Virus record (IMG/VR): IMGVR_UViG_3300025137_005045
DNA length: 64,000 nt
Direction: 5' to 3' (one strand)
DNA from: a virus
Lineage: Duplodnaviria > Caudoviricetes
Shown: piece after piece, positions 19,566 through 29,386 of the stretch
Position numbering within the stretch: position 1 is the first letter of the stretch
Layout: the number at the start of each line of letters is the position of its first letter
Program-made: the position numbers and the translations under genes
The notes under the pieces: model-generated
Seen by the model: the letters and a program-made list of their open reading frames with translations, nothing else
Database searches by the model: none
What the model was told of the DNA's origin: nothing

Positions 19566-20378
19566 ATGAACATGGTAGCAACTGCAATTAAATTCAAAAA
19601 AGAAACAGATGATCAAGTCATTGATCGTATTGGTAAACGTTTTACTATACTAGATGACATGACCAAGGCCGCAATCAGAGGTGATGTTAGAGCAATGATT
19701 GTTGTAGGGCCTCCAGGAGTTGGTAAATCATATGGTGTTGAAAAACAATTAGAAAAAGCTAGCATGTTTACAGAAGTTGCATCAAGACCTAAACAGTATG
19801 ATGTTGTTAAAGGTGCTATGAGTGCAATTGGTTTATATTGCAAACTATTTAACTACAAAGAAAAAGACAATGTACTAGTATTTGATGATTGTGATTCAAT
19901 ATTACAAGATGAGTTATCATTGAACATTTTGAAAGCGGCATTGGATTCAAAGAAAACAAGAAAGATTTGTTGGAATACTGATAGTTATAAATTACGTAAC
20001 GAAGGTGTACCTGATACCTTTAACTTTGCAGGATCAGCAATTTTTATTACTAACATTAAATTTGAAAATGTTAAAAGTAAAAAATTACAAGATCACCTAG
20101 AAGCTGTACAATCAAGATGTCACTATTTAGATCTTACACTTGATACTAGCCGCGATAAACTATTACGTATCAAACAAATTGCTGGTACTGGTGCTTTGTT
20201 TCAGGACTATGACTTTAACGGACATCAAATTCAAGAAATGTTAGACTTTATGGATGATAATCAGAACATGCTAAATGAACTTAGTTTACGTATGGCACTT
20301 AAAATTGCTGACTTAAGAAAAGTTTCATCAAACAACTGGCAAGAGCTTGCAAAAGCAACTGTGATGAAAAGAAGATAA
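19566..20378 (+). CDS. AAA+ ATPase
   Basis: GPPGVGKS, VLVFDDCD, IFITN sensor 1, SRC arginine finger. Confidence 0.85.
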   Translation: MNMVATAIKFKKETDDQVIDRIGKRFTILDDMTKAAIRGDVRAMIVVGPPGVGKSYGVEKQLEKASMFTEVASRPKQYDVVKGAMSAIGLYCKLFNYKEKDNVLVFDDCDSILQDELSLNILKAALDSKKTRKICWNTDSYKLRNEGVPDTFNFAGSAIFITNIKFENVKSKKLQDHLEAVQSRCHYLDLTLDTSRDKLLRIKQIAGTGALFQDYDFNGHQIQEMLDFMDDNQNMLNELSLRMALKIADLRKVSSNNWQELAKATVMKRR

Positions 20379-20413
20379 TTTAATCTTTTTTGTTCGTAAA
20401 AGGGTGTTGTTGG

Positions 20414-20442
20414 TTGACACCCTTTCTCCTTTTATATATACT
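20414..20442 (+). promoter_or_regulatory. sigma70 promoter overlapping a hairpin (20399-20425)
   Basis: TTGACA-N17-TATACT; ATG at 20450. Confidence 0.75.
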
Positions 20443-20449
20443 GTATATT

Positions 20450-21907
20450 ATGAAGCAAGCCTTATTACATATTAAAGATGAAGTCAACGTAAAAATTGAG
20501 GGTCTTGATCTTGACGTTCGCAAAAAATTAGTTGACATGTTCAAATTTGAAATACCCGGAGCTCGATATATGCCAGCTGTTAGACTAGGCAGATGGGATG
20601 GCAAAGTTGGTTATTTTCAACTTGGAGGTAGTACCTACATTAATTTGTTAGATGAGATATTACCGGTGCTTGAACAATATAACTATGATGTTGATCTTGA
20701 GGATTACAGAGACTACGAAAGAAGTTTTGCGTTTACTGAGGTCAAGGAAGATAGTTACAGCCACTTAAAATGGCCTCCAGGACATCCTGTAGCAGGACAA
20801 CCAATCATGTTACGAGATTATCAGGTTGAGATAGTTAATAAGTTTATGTCAAATCCACAATGCTTACAAGAAATAGCAACAGGTGCCGGCAAAACATTAA
20901 TAACAGCAGTGCTGAGTCACAATTGCGAACAACATGGTCGCACAATAGTTATTGTTCCAAACAAGAGTTTAGTCACACAAACAGAAGCTGATTATGTCAA
21001 TATGGGATTAGACGTTGGTGTGTACTTTGGTGATCGTAAAGAGTTTGGAAAGACACATACAATTTGTACTTGGCAAAGCCTAAACATTTTACTTAAAGGA
21101 TCCAGAGCACATGCTGTAGATATCACCATCGACGAGTTTCTACAGGATGTTGTTTGTGTCATGGTTGACGAAGTACACATGGCCAAAGCAGACGCATTGA
21201 AAACTTTATTGACGGGTGTCATGTCACAAGTACCTATCCGTTGGGGACTGACTGGAACAGTTCCTAAAGAAGCATATGAACGTATGAGCTTGCGTTGTTC
21301 TATAGGTGATGTAATAGGTAAACTGTCAGCTAACGAATTACAACAGGACGGAGTGCTTGCCAATTGTCATGTAAACGTGGTACAGTTAGTGGATCATGCT
21401 GAATATACATCATACCAGGATGAACTAAAATATCTATTAGAAACACAGGATCGAATGAAGTACATGGCGAATCTGATTACTAAAATTAGAACAAGTGGTA
21501 ATACTCTGGTACTGGTAGACAGAATTGCTCCTGGACAGGCCTTAACTGAACTAATTACAGATGCAGTGTTTGTATCCGGAGCCACCAAAGCACAAGCCAG
21601 AAAGGATGAATATGATGAAATTGCAACAACGGACAGTAAGGTTATTATTGCCACTTATGGTGTTGCCGCTGTTGGTATTAACATTCCTCGTATCTTTAAT
21701 CTTGTTCTTGTTGAGCCTGGGAAAAGTTTTGTTCGTGTTATTCAGTCGATTGGCCGAGGTATTAGAAAAGCTGAAGACAAAGATTTTGTTCAAATTTGGG
21801 ATATAACATCCACATGCAAATTTGCCAAGCGACATCTAACAAAACGTAAAGCATTTTATAAAGAAGCAAATTATCCATTTGAAGTTGAAAAAATTGAATG
21901 GAAATAG
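20450..21907 (+). CDS. uvsW: SF2 helicase UvsW
   Basis: LRDYQ, ATGAGKT, VDEVH, GLTGT, QSIGRGIR; start reassigned to 20450. Confidence 0.92.
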   Translation: MKQALLHIKDEVNVKIEGLDLDVRKKLVDMFKFEIPGARYMPAVRLGRWDGKVGYFQLGGSTYINLLDEILPVLEQYNYDVDLEDYRDYERSFAFTEVKEDSYSHLKWPPGHPVAGQPIMLRDYQVEIVNKFMSNPQCLQEIATGAGKTLITAVLSHNCEQHGRTIVIVPNKSLVTQTEADYVNMGLDVGVYFGDRKEFGKTHTICTWQSLNILLKGSRAHAVDITIDEFLQDVVCVMVDEVHMAKADALKTLLTGVMSQVPIRWGLTGTVPKEAYERMSLRCSIGDVIGKLSANELQQDGVLANCHVNVVQLVDHAEYTSYQDELKYLLETQDRMKYMANLITKIRTSGNTLVLVDRIAPGQALTELITDAVFVSGATKAQARKDEYDEIATTDSKVIIATYGVAAVGINIPRIFNLVLVEPGKSFVRVIQSIGRGIRKAEDKDFVQIWDITSTCKFAKRHLTKRKAFYKEANYPFEVEKIEWK

Positions 21908-21910
21908 TTC

Positions 21911-21940
21911 TTGACAGACACACCTACAGTAACTTATAAT
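21911..21940 (+). promoter_or_regulatory. sigma70 promoter
   Basis: TTGACA-N18-TATAAT. Confidence 0.8.
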
Positions 21941-21949
21941 AAGGGTAAT

Positions 21950-22450
21950 ATGCAAATACTTACATTAGAAAATACAAAGTACGACTTGGCTACACTTCCT
22001 GATGAAATAGATGATATGCGTTTTAGCATACTGGATAACAGTGATCCAGGAAATCCAGATTATCATTGGATACCGTTAATCTTTTTAGAAAGTTTTAATT
22101 CACCAGCATTGGTATTAAAGATAGGTAATAATACTATTAAAATGCCTGTGGATTGGCAAATATTAATTGGCGAACCTGATGTCGGAGATTTAGAAGTATT
22201 ACCGTTAACATCAATTAATGATAGAGGATTTAGAGCATTTCAATTTAATAGTTTAACTGACTTTAGACCAAGTTTCTTGGATATAGAAATTGTAGATGTC
22301 TATCAAGATGTTTCGTGGTATAGCCCTAAACTTAAAAATGGACAGTTACTAGCAGTACCTTTAGAGGACGGACCTACTCCTAAATGTTGTTATTTTGTTA
22401 AGGATATAAGCCGTAATTGTGAAATAGTTAATTATACGTTATCATTCTAA
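21950..22450 (+). CDS. hypothetical beta-rich protein in replication cluster
   Basis: Start ATG 21950 behind AAGGG; the track's TTG start is the -35 box. Confidence 0.75.
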   Translation: MQILTLENTKYDLATLPDEIDDMRFSILDNSDPGNPDYHWIPLIFLESFNSPALVLKIGNNTIKMPVDWQILIGEPDVGDLEVLPLTSINDRGFRAFQFNSLTDFRPSFLDIEIVDVYQDVSWYSPKLKNGQLLAVPLEDGPTPKCCYFVKDISRNCEIVNYTLSF

Positions 22451-22926
22451 TGGCAAATACAAATTCACCTTTATATATCGGTAATGAGATGGCGGCCTTT
22501 GATCGCAAGGACAGGGACTACTATGACAAGTTCACTGATGAGGAAAAGAAACAGTTTTCAACATATTTGATGTTGCGTTATGGAGCGTCAGTAGGTGGTA
22601 ATAGAGATCTGCAGGCATACTATCTAATGGCCACAAACAAATATGTTAACAAATACTTCTTTGATCTAAACAAGCATACAAAGTTACAATGGTTAATGTG
22701 TACAGCAGTTAGTCCTAATATGGGCAAACAGTTTCACTATTGGCAAGCGGCCAAAAAGAAAGAGGGCAAGTCGACTAACAAAATAAGAAAAGTAGTAGCT
22801 GAATTATTTCCAAACATGAAGTCAGATGAGATGGATATGTTTTTGGAAATGAATACTCAAAAAGAAATTAAACAATATTGTAAAGAACTAGGATGGGATG
22901 ACAAGCGAATTAAAGCAGACTTTTAA
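22450..22926 (+). CDS. clamp-loader small subunit-like (T4 gp62-like)
   Basis: Y.MLRY, LQWL....GKQFH.W..KKK pattern and helical C-terminus; replication context. Confidence 0.45.
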   Translation: MANTNSPLYIGNEMAAFDRKDRDYYDKFTDEEKKQFSTYLMLRYGASVGGNRDLQAYYLMATNKYVNKYFFDLNKHTKLQWLMCTAVSPNMGKQFHYWQAAKKKEGKSTNKIRKVVAELFPNMKSDEMDMFLEMNTQKEIKQYCKELGWDDKRIKADF

Positions 22927-23590
22927 ATGTAAATATTGTGGGCGTGAATTCCGTAAGGAGACCACACTGGCCGTACATGTCTGTGAGCAAAAGAAACGTT
23001 TTCAACATAAAAATGATCCACCAAGTCGTATGGCATTTCAGAGTTATTTAAAGTTTTATGAAACAAGTCAGGGATCTGCAAAGTCAAAAACATTTGATGA
23101 CTTTGCTACATCAGCATACTATAAAGCGTTTATTAAGTTTGCTAACTATTGCGTTAATGCTCGTGTAATTAATACTGTTAGGTTCACTGAATGGTTATTA
23201 AAAAATAACAAGCGTATAGACTATTGGGGCAGTGATAAACTTTATGATGAATTTTTAAAGGAATATATCTTTAGAGAAAATGCCACAGACGCATTAACCA
23301 GAGCATTAGAAACATCAATGGATTGGGCAGAAGAAGTTAAATCGCCAAGCGAAGACTTCTTGCGTTATGGTAACTGCAATAAACTATGTCATTACATTGT
23401 TACTGGTAGAATAACAGGTTGGATAATATTTAATTGTCCCTCAGGTCACGAGCTGTTAGAAAGTTTAAATCAAGAACAGTTGGCTATAGTGTATGAACTT
23501 ATTAATCCTGATCGTTGGTCAAAAATATTACGTGACTATCCAGGTGACACAGAATATGTTAAGGAAATGTTAAAACAAGCAGGATGGTAA
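22898..23590 (+). CDS. C2H2-type zinc-finger protein
   Basis: FKCKYCGREF...LAVHVC. Confidence 0.65.
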   Translation: MTSELKQTFKCKYCGREFRKETTLAVHVCEQKKRFQHKNDPPSRMAFQSYLKFYETSQGSAKSKTFDDFATSAYYKAFIKFANYCVNARVINTVRFTEWLLKNNKRIDYWGSDKLYDEFLKEYIFRENATDALTRALETSMDWAEEVKSPSEDFLRYGNCNKLCHYIVTGRITGWIIFNCPSGHELLESLNQEQLAIVYELINPDRWSKILRDYPGDTEYVKEMLKQAGW

Positions 23591-24171
23591 AATTTAATAC
23601 AGACGTTGATATTGACTTCGCTGATCGCGATGATATACTTAAATTAATTAAGCATACTTCTGCAATGCAGAATAATGATCAAGGTATACGTAAGCATAAT
23701 TCAGGTGTGTACGTAACAGACATTCCTTATAATCCATTGACAGACACAGCCTCAATTGATTATCAATCAGCAGAAGAACGTGGTTACTTTAAAATCGACT
23801 TTCTTAATGTCAATGTTTATAAGTTAATTAAAGATCAGGCACATTACGATCAATTGATGGCCCGTGATGTTCCGTGGGCAAGATTACAGGAACGTGAGTT
23901 CTTTGAACAGATAATACACATTGGTAATCATTATGATCTGGTAGGTGATTTAGCACTAGATACAATACCACGCATGGCAATGTTTCTGGCACTTATACGT
24001 CCAGCAAAACGACACTTGGTAGGAAAGACATGGGCAGATATAAGTAAGGATATATGGACAAAAACAGATGACCAATACTTCTTTAAGAAGTCACATGCTG
24101 TTAGCTATGCCTTGTTGGTAACATTACATATGAAACTACTAGATGAAAATTTACATACACGAGAGCAGTAA
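23584..24171 (+). CDS. miniature DNA polymerase III alpha (DnaE) catalytic-core homologue
   Basis: DVDIDF, RKHNSGVYV, YFKIDFL, LALIRP, FKKSHAVSY parallel the DnaE motifs in order. Confidence 0.8.
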   Translation: MVKFNTDVDIDFADRDDILKLIKHTSAMQNNDQGIRKHNSGVYVTDIPYNPLTDTASIDYQSAEERGYFKIDFLNVNVYKLIKDQAHYDQLMARDVPWARLQEREFFEQIIHIGNHYDLVGDLALDTIPRMAMFLALIRPAKRHLVGKTWADISKDIWTKTDDQYFFKKSHAVSYALLVTLHMKLLDENLHTREQ

Positions 24172-25162
24172 ACTTAAAGACTTTTACAATCGAGCTGATC
24201 ATTACTCAACAGCAGAGCTACCTACCCTTCCTAAAGACGCAATAAAAATAATACCAGTAGCTACCTACTGTGAAGACAGTGATGCACATATAGATTATAT
24301 CAAGAACACTAATGATCATATTGTATTAGAAAACTGCATAGAGGGGTCTAGCACGCTTATCAGACACCTCGACAATGACGGTTTGTTAAAGCTAGCATTA
24401 GATAAAAAGTTTAGCATTATTTGTTCAGGTGAAATGCCAGAACAAATGAATTCGTTAAACATTGAATACATGATGTGGCTGACCGGTAACGTTAATCAAG
24501 ACAATCGAAATATTATGATACGTTATATTGATCGTCCGTACACATTTTTATTTCTCAATAATAGAGTAAGAACCCATCGAGCTAAATTAATTAGAGATCT
24601 GTATCGCAAGGAATTGTTAGACAAGGCATTATGGTCTAACATTAATATGGGTAATGACGATGCACCATTCAGTAAAAAATTACCAAAAAAGTATGGTCCT
24701 TATTCAGGAAAGGATTTAATTGATTGGGATAAGTGGGCGGCGGGACCAGCCATCGTTAATCAGTACTCTGACACGTACTTCTCGGTATTTGCTGAAAGTA
24801 CAGTATTACATAGATATTCTTTAATAACTGAAAAATCATGGAAACCAATTATTACTGGACATCCATTCTTAGCACTAGCAAGTGCCAATCATTATAAGAG
24901 GCTGAAAGAATTAGGATTTAAAACATTTAGCGGTATCATTAAGGAAGACTTTGCAAGTCTAAATAGATGGGAAGACAGAAGAGCTTGGTTAGTAACTGAA
25001 ATTGAAAGGTTATTAAGTTTAGATCTTGATCAATTCACAAGAGATTGCCAACCCGTTTTAGATCATAATATTGAACATTTTTGGAAGTTATGGGATAGTT
25101 ACTCTGCAAACACTAGCGATCAGATTGATCTATTTCTTAGTCAATTCGCCGAACAAGTGTGA
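24143..25162 (+). CDS. glycosyltransferase-like accessory protein
   Basis: AEST...ITEKSWKPI..HPF...GFKTF. Confidence 0.5.
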   Translation: MKIYIHESSKLKDFYNRADHYSTAELPTLPKDAIKIIPVATYCEDSDAHIDYIKNTNDHIVLENCIEGSSTLIRHLDNDGLLKLALDKKFSIICSGEMPEQMNSLNIEYMMWLTGNVNQDNRNIMIRYIDRPYTFLFLNNRVRTHRAKLIRDLYRKELLDKALWSNINMGNDDAPFSKKLPKKYGPYSGKDLIDWDKWAAGPAIVNQYSDTYFSVFAESTVLHRYSLITEKSWKPIITGHPFLALASANHYKRLKELGFKTFSGIIKEDFASLNRWEDRRAWLVTEIERLLSLDLDQFTRDCQPVLDHNIEHFWKLWDSYSANTSDQIDLFLSQFAEQV

Positions 25163-25514
25163 TTGATTTTTTCTTAGTGCGTTTCTTAGACAAATCGCTT
25201 AGACTGATTGTTGGACCTAACAGTATTTCTAAATCTTTATTAATAAATGTTTGTAGATATGGTTTAAATTGTGCCCATTCTTCTCTTAGGAATATATTGA
25301 TTGGTATTGAACGATTTGATTCCCACCACCAAACGTTAGCAAGATCTAAAAACTTTTGTTTTAATTCTACATCTACGATGCGGCCAAAATCGTATAGAGT
25401 GGTAACAGTACTGTCACGATTTTGCACAATACCAACGTATTCGGCACTGGCGTATCTGACTACTGTAACAAATGGATACTTGTCTGATAATTCTTTAAAG
25501 AATTCATTGCTCAT
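25137..25514 (-). CDS. hypothetical protein
   Basis: 125 aa with YPFVTVVRY..EYVGIVQN and WWWESNRSIPINIFL. Confidence 0.75.
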   Translation of the reverse strand: MSNEFFKELSDKYPFVTVVRYASAEYVGIVQNRDSTVTTLYDFGRIVDVELKQKFLDLANVWWWESNRSIPINIFLREEWAQFKPYLQTFINKDLEILLGPTISLSDLSKKRTKKKSITLVRRID

Positions 25515-25533
25515 TGATCGATAAATACTCTAT

Positions 25534-26289
25534 ATGTTTACAACTCAAGTCTATTTATATAAGCAAAAACACCAAGTGGTATTAAGAGATACCACAACGG
25601 CTCTAACATCAATGAGGTATAATCCCGTGTACGCAAAAAATTTAAAATTACACAGAGGCACAGATAATGTCTTAGTGTTTACATTTGTTAATCAGGACCA
25701 AAAACCTGTTAATAATTCCACAGCAACCTTTACATTCAGATTAATCAATAGAGAAGGCAGTGACGTACTTCTTGCTAAAACAATGACTGCTATTGATGCT
25801 ACTAAAGGTACTGCTTCAATTACTGTCACTGAACAAGAATTAGATGCAGTAAGCACACAACGAGCACACTACACAATTGAACGTAGTCTTTCGACCAGTG
25901 ATCTTTATGACGCTGTGTTTGTAGATGATCATTTGGGAGGTAGAGGCGTTGTTGAAATTGTTGATTCTGTTATGCCAACACATACCGAAAGCACCTCGAT
26001 TACAATTCCAGCCTTCTTTGATGATGAAGGTGTTACTACCCATTACTCAAGTGAATGGCATGGAACCAATGATGTTCAAACTCTACAATATAAACCTAGT
26101 GCATTTACAGGTAAGATACAAGTAGAAGGTGCAACAGCAGACGACAATTTAAGATATAATCTAGGAACTGAACTTTCTTTAACATCATCTAGTACAACCG
26201 GATATATAACTATATCGGGCTACCATCCTTTTTTAAGATTACGCATTGAAGAAACAAGTGGTAGCATATCTGAAATAAAAATTAGATAG
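25534..26289 (+). CDS. late structural protein (beta-rich)
   Basis: Late box 6 nt upstream; Thr-rich. Confidence 0.6.
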   Translation: MFTTQVYLYKQKHQVVLRDTTTALTSMRYNPVYAKNLKLHRGTDNVLVFTFVNQDQKPVNNSTATFTFRLINREGSDVLLAKTMTAIDATKGTASITVTEQELDAVSTQRAHYTIERSLSTSDLYDAVFVDDHLGGRGVVEIVDSVMPTHTESTSITIPAFFDDEGVTTHYSSEWHGTNDVQTLQYKPSAFTGKIQVEGATADDNLRYNLGTELSLTSSSTTGYITISGYHPFLRLRIEETSGSISEIKIR

Positions 26290-26296
26290 GTACTGT

Positions 26297-27028
26297 TTGA
26301 ACAAAATCAAAAAAATCGTTGGATTCGGTGATAGCTGGATTTACGGTGATGAGCTATTAGATCCCAAATTAGTTGAGCAAGATCAAGAAGCACATTCTTG
26401 CTGGTCTCAGAATGTAGACTATAGAGAAACTAACTGTTTCCTAGGTCTGTTAGGTCAAAATTATGATGTTCCTGTTGAGAATTTTGGAATACCAGGAGGT
26501 AGCTTACAAAGTGCTATGTGGACTTTTCTTTGGTGGCTACGTCACGAATCAAATCCAGAAGAATGTTTAGTACTACACGGTACAACAGACAACGACCGTT
26601 TTAGTCTATTTGATCCCAAACACAAGCATTATTCAAACGACCCTATTTGGAACAAATTCATACATTCAGCGTGGATAGAATATGGTAGCAGTGTTGTTCC
26701 AGACCACTTCCGAGATGTCGGTAAAAATTTAATTGCATATAGCGACTGTGAAGACCTACGTCAATATAATTATGAGCAAGCTGTTGGATTATTTGATGGT
26801 AAGAGTGCCAGACTAAACATACCAATGCTACAATTTCATATTATGCCACCGATAACTCCTATAGATGTTCCTACATTATTATGGCCCGAGCGTAATTATT
26901 GTAGTTGGATAGTAAGACATCCTGAGAAAGAATTAGTTACATGTCCAGGCGGGCACCCCAATGAAATTGGACACCAAATGATATCAAAACAGTTGATTCC
27001 GGAGATAGATTCTGTTATACTAACTTGA
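26297..27028 (+). CDS. SGNH-like hydrolase or acyltransferase
   Basis: GFGDSW block I, NFGIPGGS block II, GGHPNEIGH. Confidence 0.6.
   Translation: MNKIKKIVGFGDSWIYGDELLDPKLVEQDQEAHSCWSQNVDYRETNCFLGLLGQNYDVPVENFGIPGGSLQSAMWTFLWWLRHESNPEECLVLHGTTDNDRFSLFDPKHKHYSNDPIWNKFIHSAWIEYGSSVVPDHFRDVGKNLIAYSDCEDLRQYNYEQAVGLFDGKSARLNIPMLQFHIMPPITPIDVPTLLWPERNYCSWIVRHPEKELVTCPGGHPNEIGHQMISKQLIPEIDSVILT
26993..27021 (+). promoter_or_regulatory. sigma70 promoter for primase
   Basis: TTGATT-N17-TATACT; ATG at 27028. Confidence 0.6.
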
Positions 27029-28005
27029 TGTTAGATATCTTATCTGTTATACCAGGCAAGCACAAACAAACTTCAAGTGGTTGGGTTTCTTTCAATGCGG
27101 TCTGTTGTCAGCATAACGGAGAAAGGGCAGATAAAAGAAAGCGTGGTGGTATAAAGACCGATGGTAAAAACTGGAGTTATCACTGTTTCAATTGTGGATA
27201 TAAAGCAAGTTTTAAATTAGGACGTACACTGTCGTTTAAAACCCGTAAGCTGTTATCTTGGATGGGTGTTGATCAAAATACTATTTCTGCTCTTAACTTA
27301 GAAAGTCTAAGACATAAAGATATTAGTCAACTAGCAGAGGATAGAACACAACCAAAACTTACCAAGGTAACATTTAATAAATTGGAATTACCTAAAGAAT
27401 TGAGATTGATAGAAGAGTCTGATCAACAGTATGTTGATTATCTAGAGTCCAGAGCAGTTGATCCTGGAGATTATCCATATATGATAAGTCCAGATCAAAA
27501 AGGTAGACAAGCAGAGCGTATTGTTATACCATATACATATAATGAAGTAATAGTTGGTTGGTCAGCCAGATACTTGGATGACAGGCAACCAAAGTTTATC
27601 AATGAACAGCAACCAGGTTATGTGTTTGGTACTGATTTACAACAAGATTATTGGACACAATCTATAGTTGTTGAAGGTATATTTGATGCACTCAGTTTGA
27701 ACTGTTTAGCTGTATTACATAATGATATTAATGCAAAGCAAGCACAAGTAATTACTAGCTTGCGTAAAGATATAACAGTGGTACCAGATCAAGATGAAGC
27801 AGGACTAAAACTTGTTGATCGTGCAGTTGAATTAGGATGGGCAGTTTCAATACCTAGATGGCATCCTGAAGTTAAAGATGTAAATGACGCAGTAAAACGT
27901 TATGGTAGATTAGGAACTCTGATAACTATTATGAATAGCAGAGAAACTAGTAAAATTAAAATTGAACTTATGAGGAAGAAACTTGTTAAAAGAATACGGA
28001 ACTGA
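27028..28005 (+). CDS. DnaG-type DNA primase
   Basis: Zn-binding CC..H...YHCFNCG; TOPRIM VVEGIFDA, PDQD, KDVND. Confidence 0.9.
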   Translation: MLDILSVIPGKHKQTSSGWVSFNAVCCQHNGERADKRKRGGIKTDGKNWSYHCFNCGYKASFKLGRTLSFKTRKLLSWMGVDQNTISALNLESLRHKDISQLAEDRTQPKLTKVTFNKLELPKELRLIEESDQQYVDYLESRAVDPGDYPYMISPDQKGRQAERIVIPYTYNEVIVGWSARYLDDRQPKFINEQQPGYVFGTDLQQDYWTQSIVVEGIFDALSLNCLAVLHNDINAKQAQVITSLRKDITVVPDQDEAGLKLVDRAVELGWAVSIPRWHPEVKDVNDAVKRYGRLGTLITIMNSRETSKIKIELMRKKLVKRIRN

Positions 28006-29386
28006 TATACAAAGACTATTTCTTGAAATGATGTTGCAGGATGCACAGAGTTATACTCGTGTACAAAATATCTTTAATCCAGAAAACTTTGATCGTAGCT
28101 TACAAGAATGTGCTAAATTTATTAAAGATCATGCTGACAAACATAACACAATGCCAGACATGAAGCAGGTTTCCGCAGTTACTAATATTCAATTAACATC
28201 AATACCCGAAGCCAAAGACGGACATTTTGATTGGTTCTTAGAAGAGTTTGAAGGTTTTACACGCAGGCAAGAACTTGAACGTGCAATCTTAAAGTCAGCT
28301 GACTTGTTAGAGAAAGGTGATTATGGACCGGTAGAAAAAATAGTTAAAGATGCAGTACAAATTAGTTTAACTAAAGACATGGGAACAGATTACTTTTTAG
28401 ATCCTAAAACCAGACTAATGGAAATTAAGTCCAGTAACGGACAAGTATCAACAGGTTGGCCAATGTTAGATAGATTGTTGTATGGCGGATTTAATAGAGG
28501 TGAACTACAGATATGGGCAGGCGGATCTGGTTCTGGTAAAAGTTTGTTTATGCAGAATATGGCAGTAAACTGGGCAATGCAAGGCATGAATGGTTGTTAT
28601 TTAACATTGGAATTAAGTGAAGGCTTGTGTGCCATGCGTATGGATAGTATGATGACAAACACTGCATCAAAAGAAATATTCAAAGATATCGATAACGTTG
28701 AAATGAAAGTTAAACTTGCAGGTAAAAAAGCAGGACACTTACGTATCAAATATATGCCAGCACAGTCAACAGTAAATGATATCAGAGCATACATGAAAGA
28801 ATTAGAAATACAAACTGGACATAAGCCAGACTTTCTATGCGTTGATTACTTAGATTTGTTAATGCCCGTGAGTGCTAAAGTTTCACCAAATGATTTGTTT
28901 GTTAAAGACAAGTATGTGAGTGAAGAATTACGTAACCTGGCAAAAGAATTAGATATCATATTTGTAACAGCATCGCAATTGAATAGGGGTGCAGTGGAAG
29001 AAGTAGAGTTTGATCACAGTCACATTGCAGGTGGATTGAGTAAAATTAATACTGCTGATAATGTGTTTGGTATATTTACAAGTCGTGCAATGCGAGAACG
29101 TGGAAGATATCAAATACAGTTAATGAAAACTAGATCAAGTTCAGGTGTAGGGCAAAAAGTAGATCTAGAGTTTAATTTAGATACACTACGTATTACAGAC
29201 CTAGGCGAAGAAGGACAAAGTGATTACAATAGACCATCACCAAGTGGTAGTAAAATTATGGACTCAGCAAAATCTACTACTAGCACAGTATCTGATGGAC
29301 AAGTACAAAAAGAAGATGGTAAAGTAACAGCTGATATACAAAGCAGTAAACTAAAAAGTCTATTAAGTCAAATTAAAACTCAGTAA
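27983..29386 (+). CDS. replicative helicase (DnaB/gp41 family)
   Basis: GGSGSGKS, VDYLDL, TASQLNR. Confidence 0.92.
   Translation: MLKEYGTDIQRLFLEMMLQDAQSYTRVQNIFNPENFDRSLQECAKFIKDHADKHNTMPDMKQVSAVTNIQLTSIPEAKDGHFDWFLEEFEGFTRRQELERAILKSADLLEKGDYGPVEKIVKDAVQISLTKDMGTDYFLDPKTRLMEIKSSNGQVSTGWPMLDRLLYGGFNRGELQIWAGGSGSGKSLFMQNMAVNWAMQGMNGCYLTLELSEGLCAMRMDSMMTNTASKEIFKDIDNVEMKVKLAGKKAGHLRIKYMPAQSTVNDIRAYMKELEIQTGHKPDFLCVDYLDLLMPVSAKVSPNDLFVKDKYVSEELRNLAKELDIIFVTASQLNRGAVEEVEFDHSHIAGGLSKINTADNVFGIFTSRAMRERGRYQIQLMKTRSSSGVGQKVDLEFNLDTLRITDLGEEGQSDYNRPSPSGSKIMDSAKSTTSTVSDGQVQKEDGKVTADIQSSKLKSLLSQIKTQ

Noticed and set aside
23584-24171. Mini-DnaE as a frameshifted pseudogene
   Set aside because: Flanking ORFs show no PHP, finger or OB DnaE motifs, the motifs are compacted by internal deletions rather than truncated, and the gene overlaps both neighbours in coupled fashion
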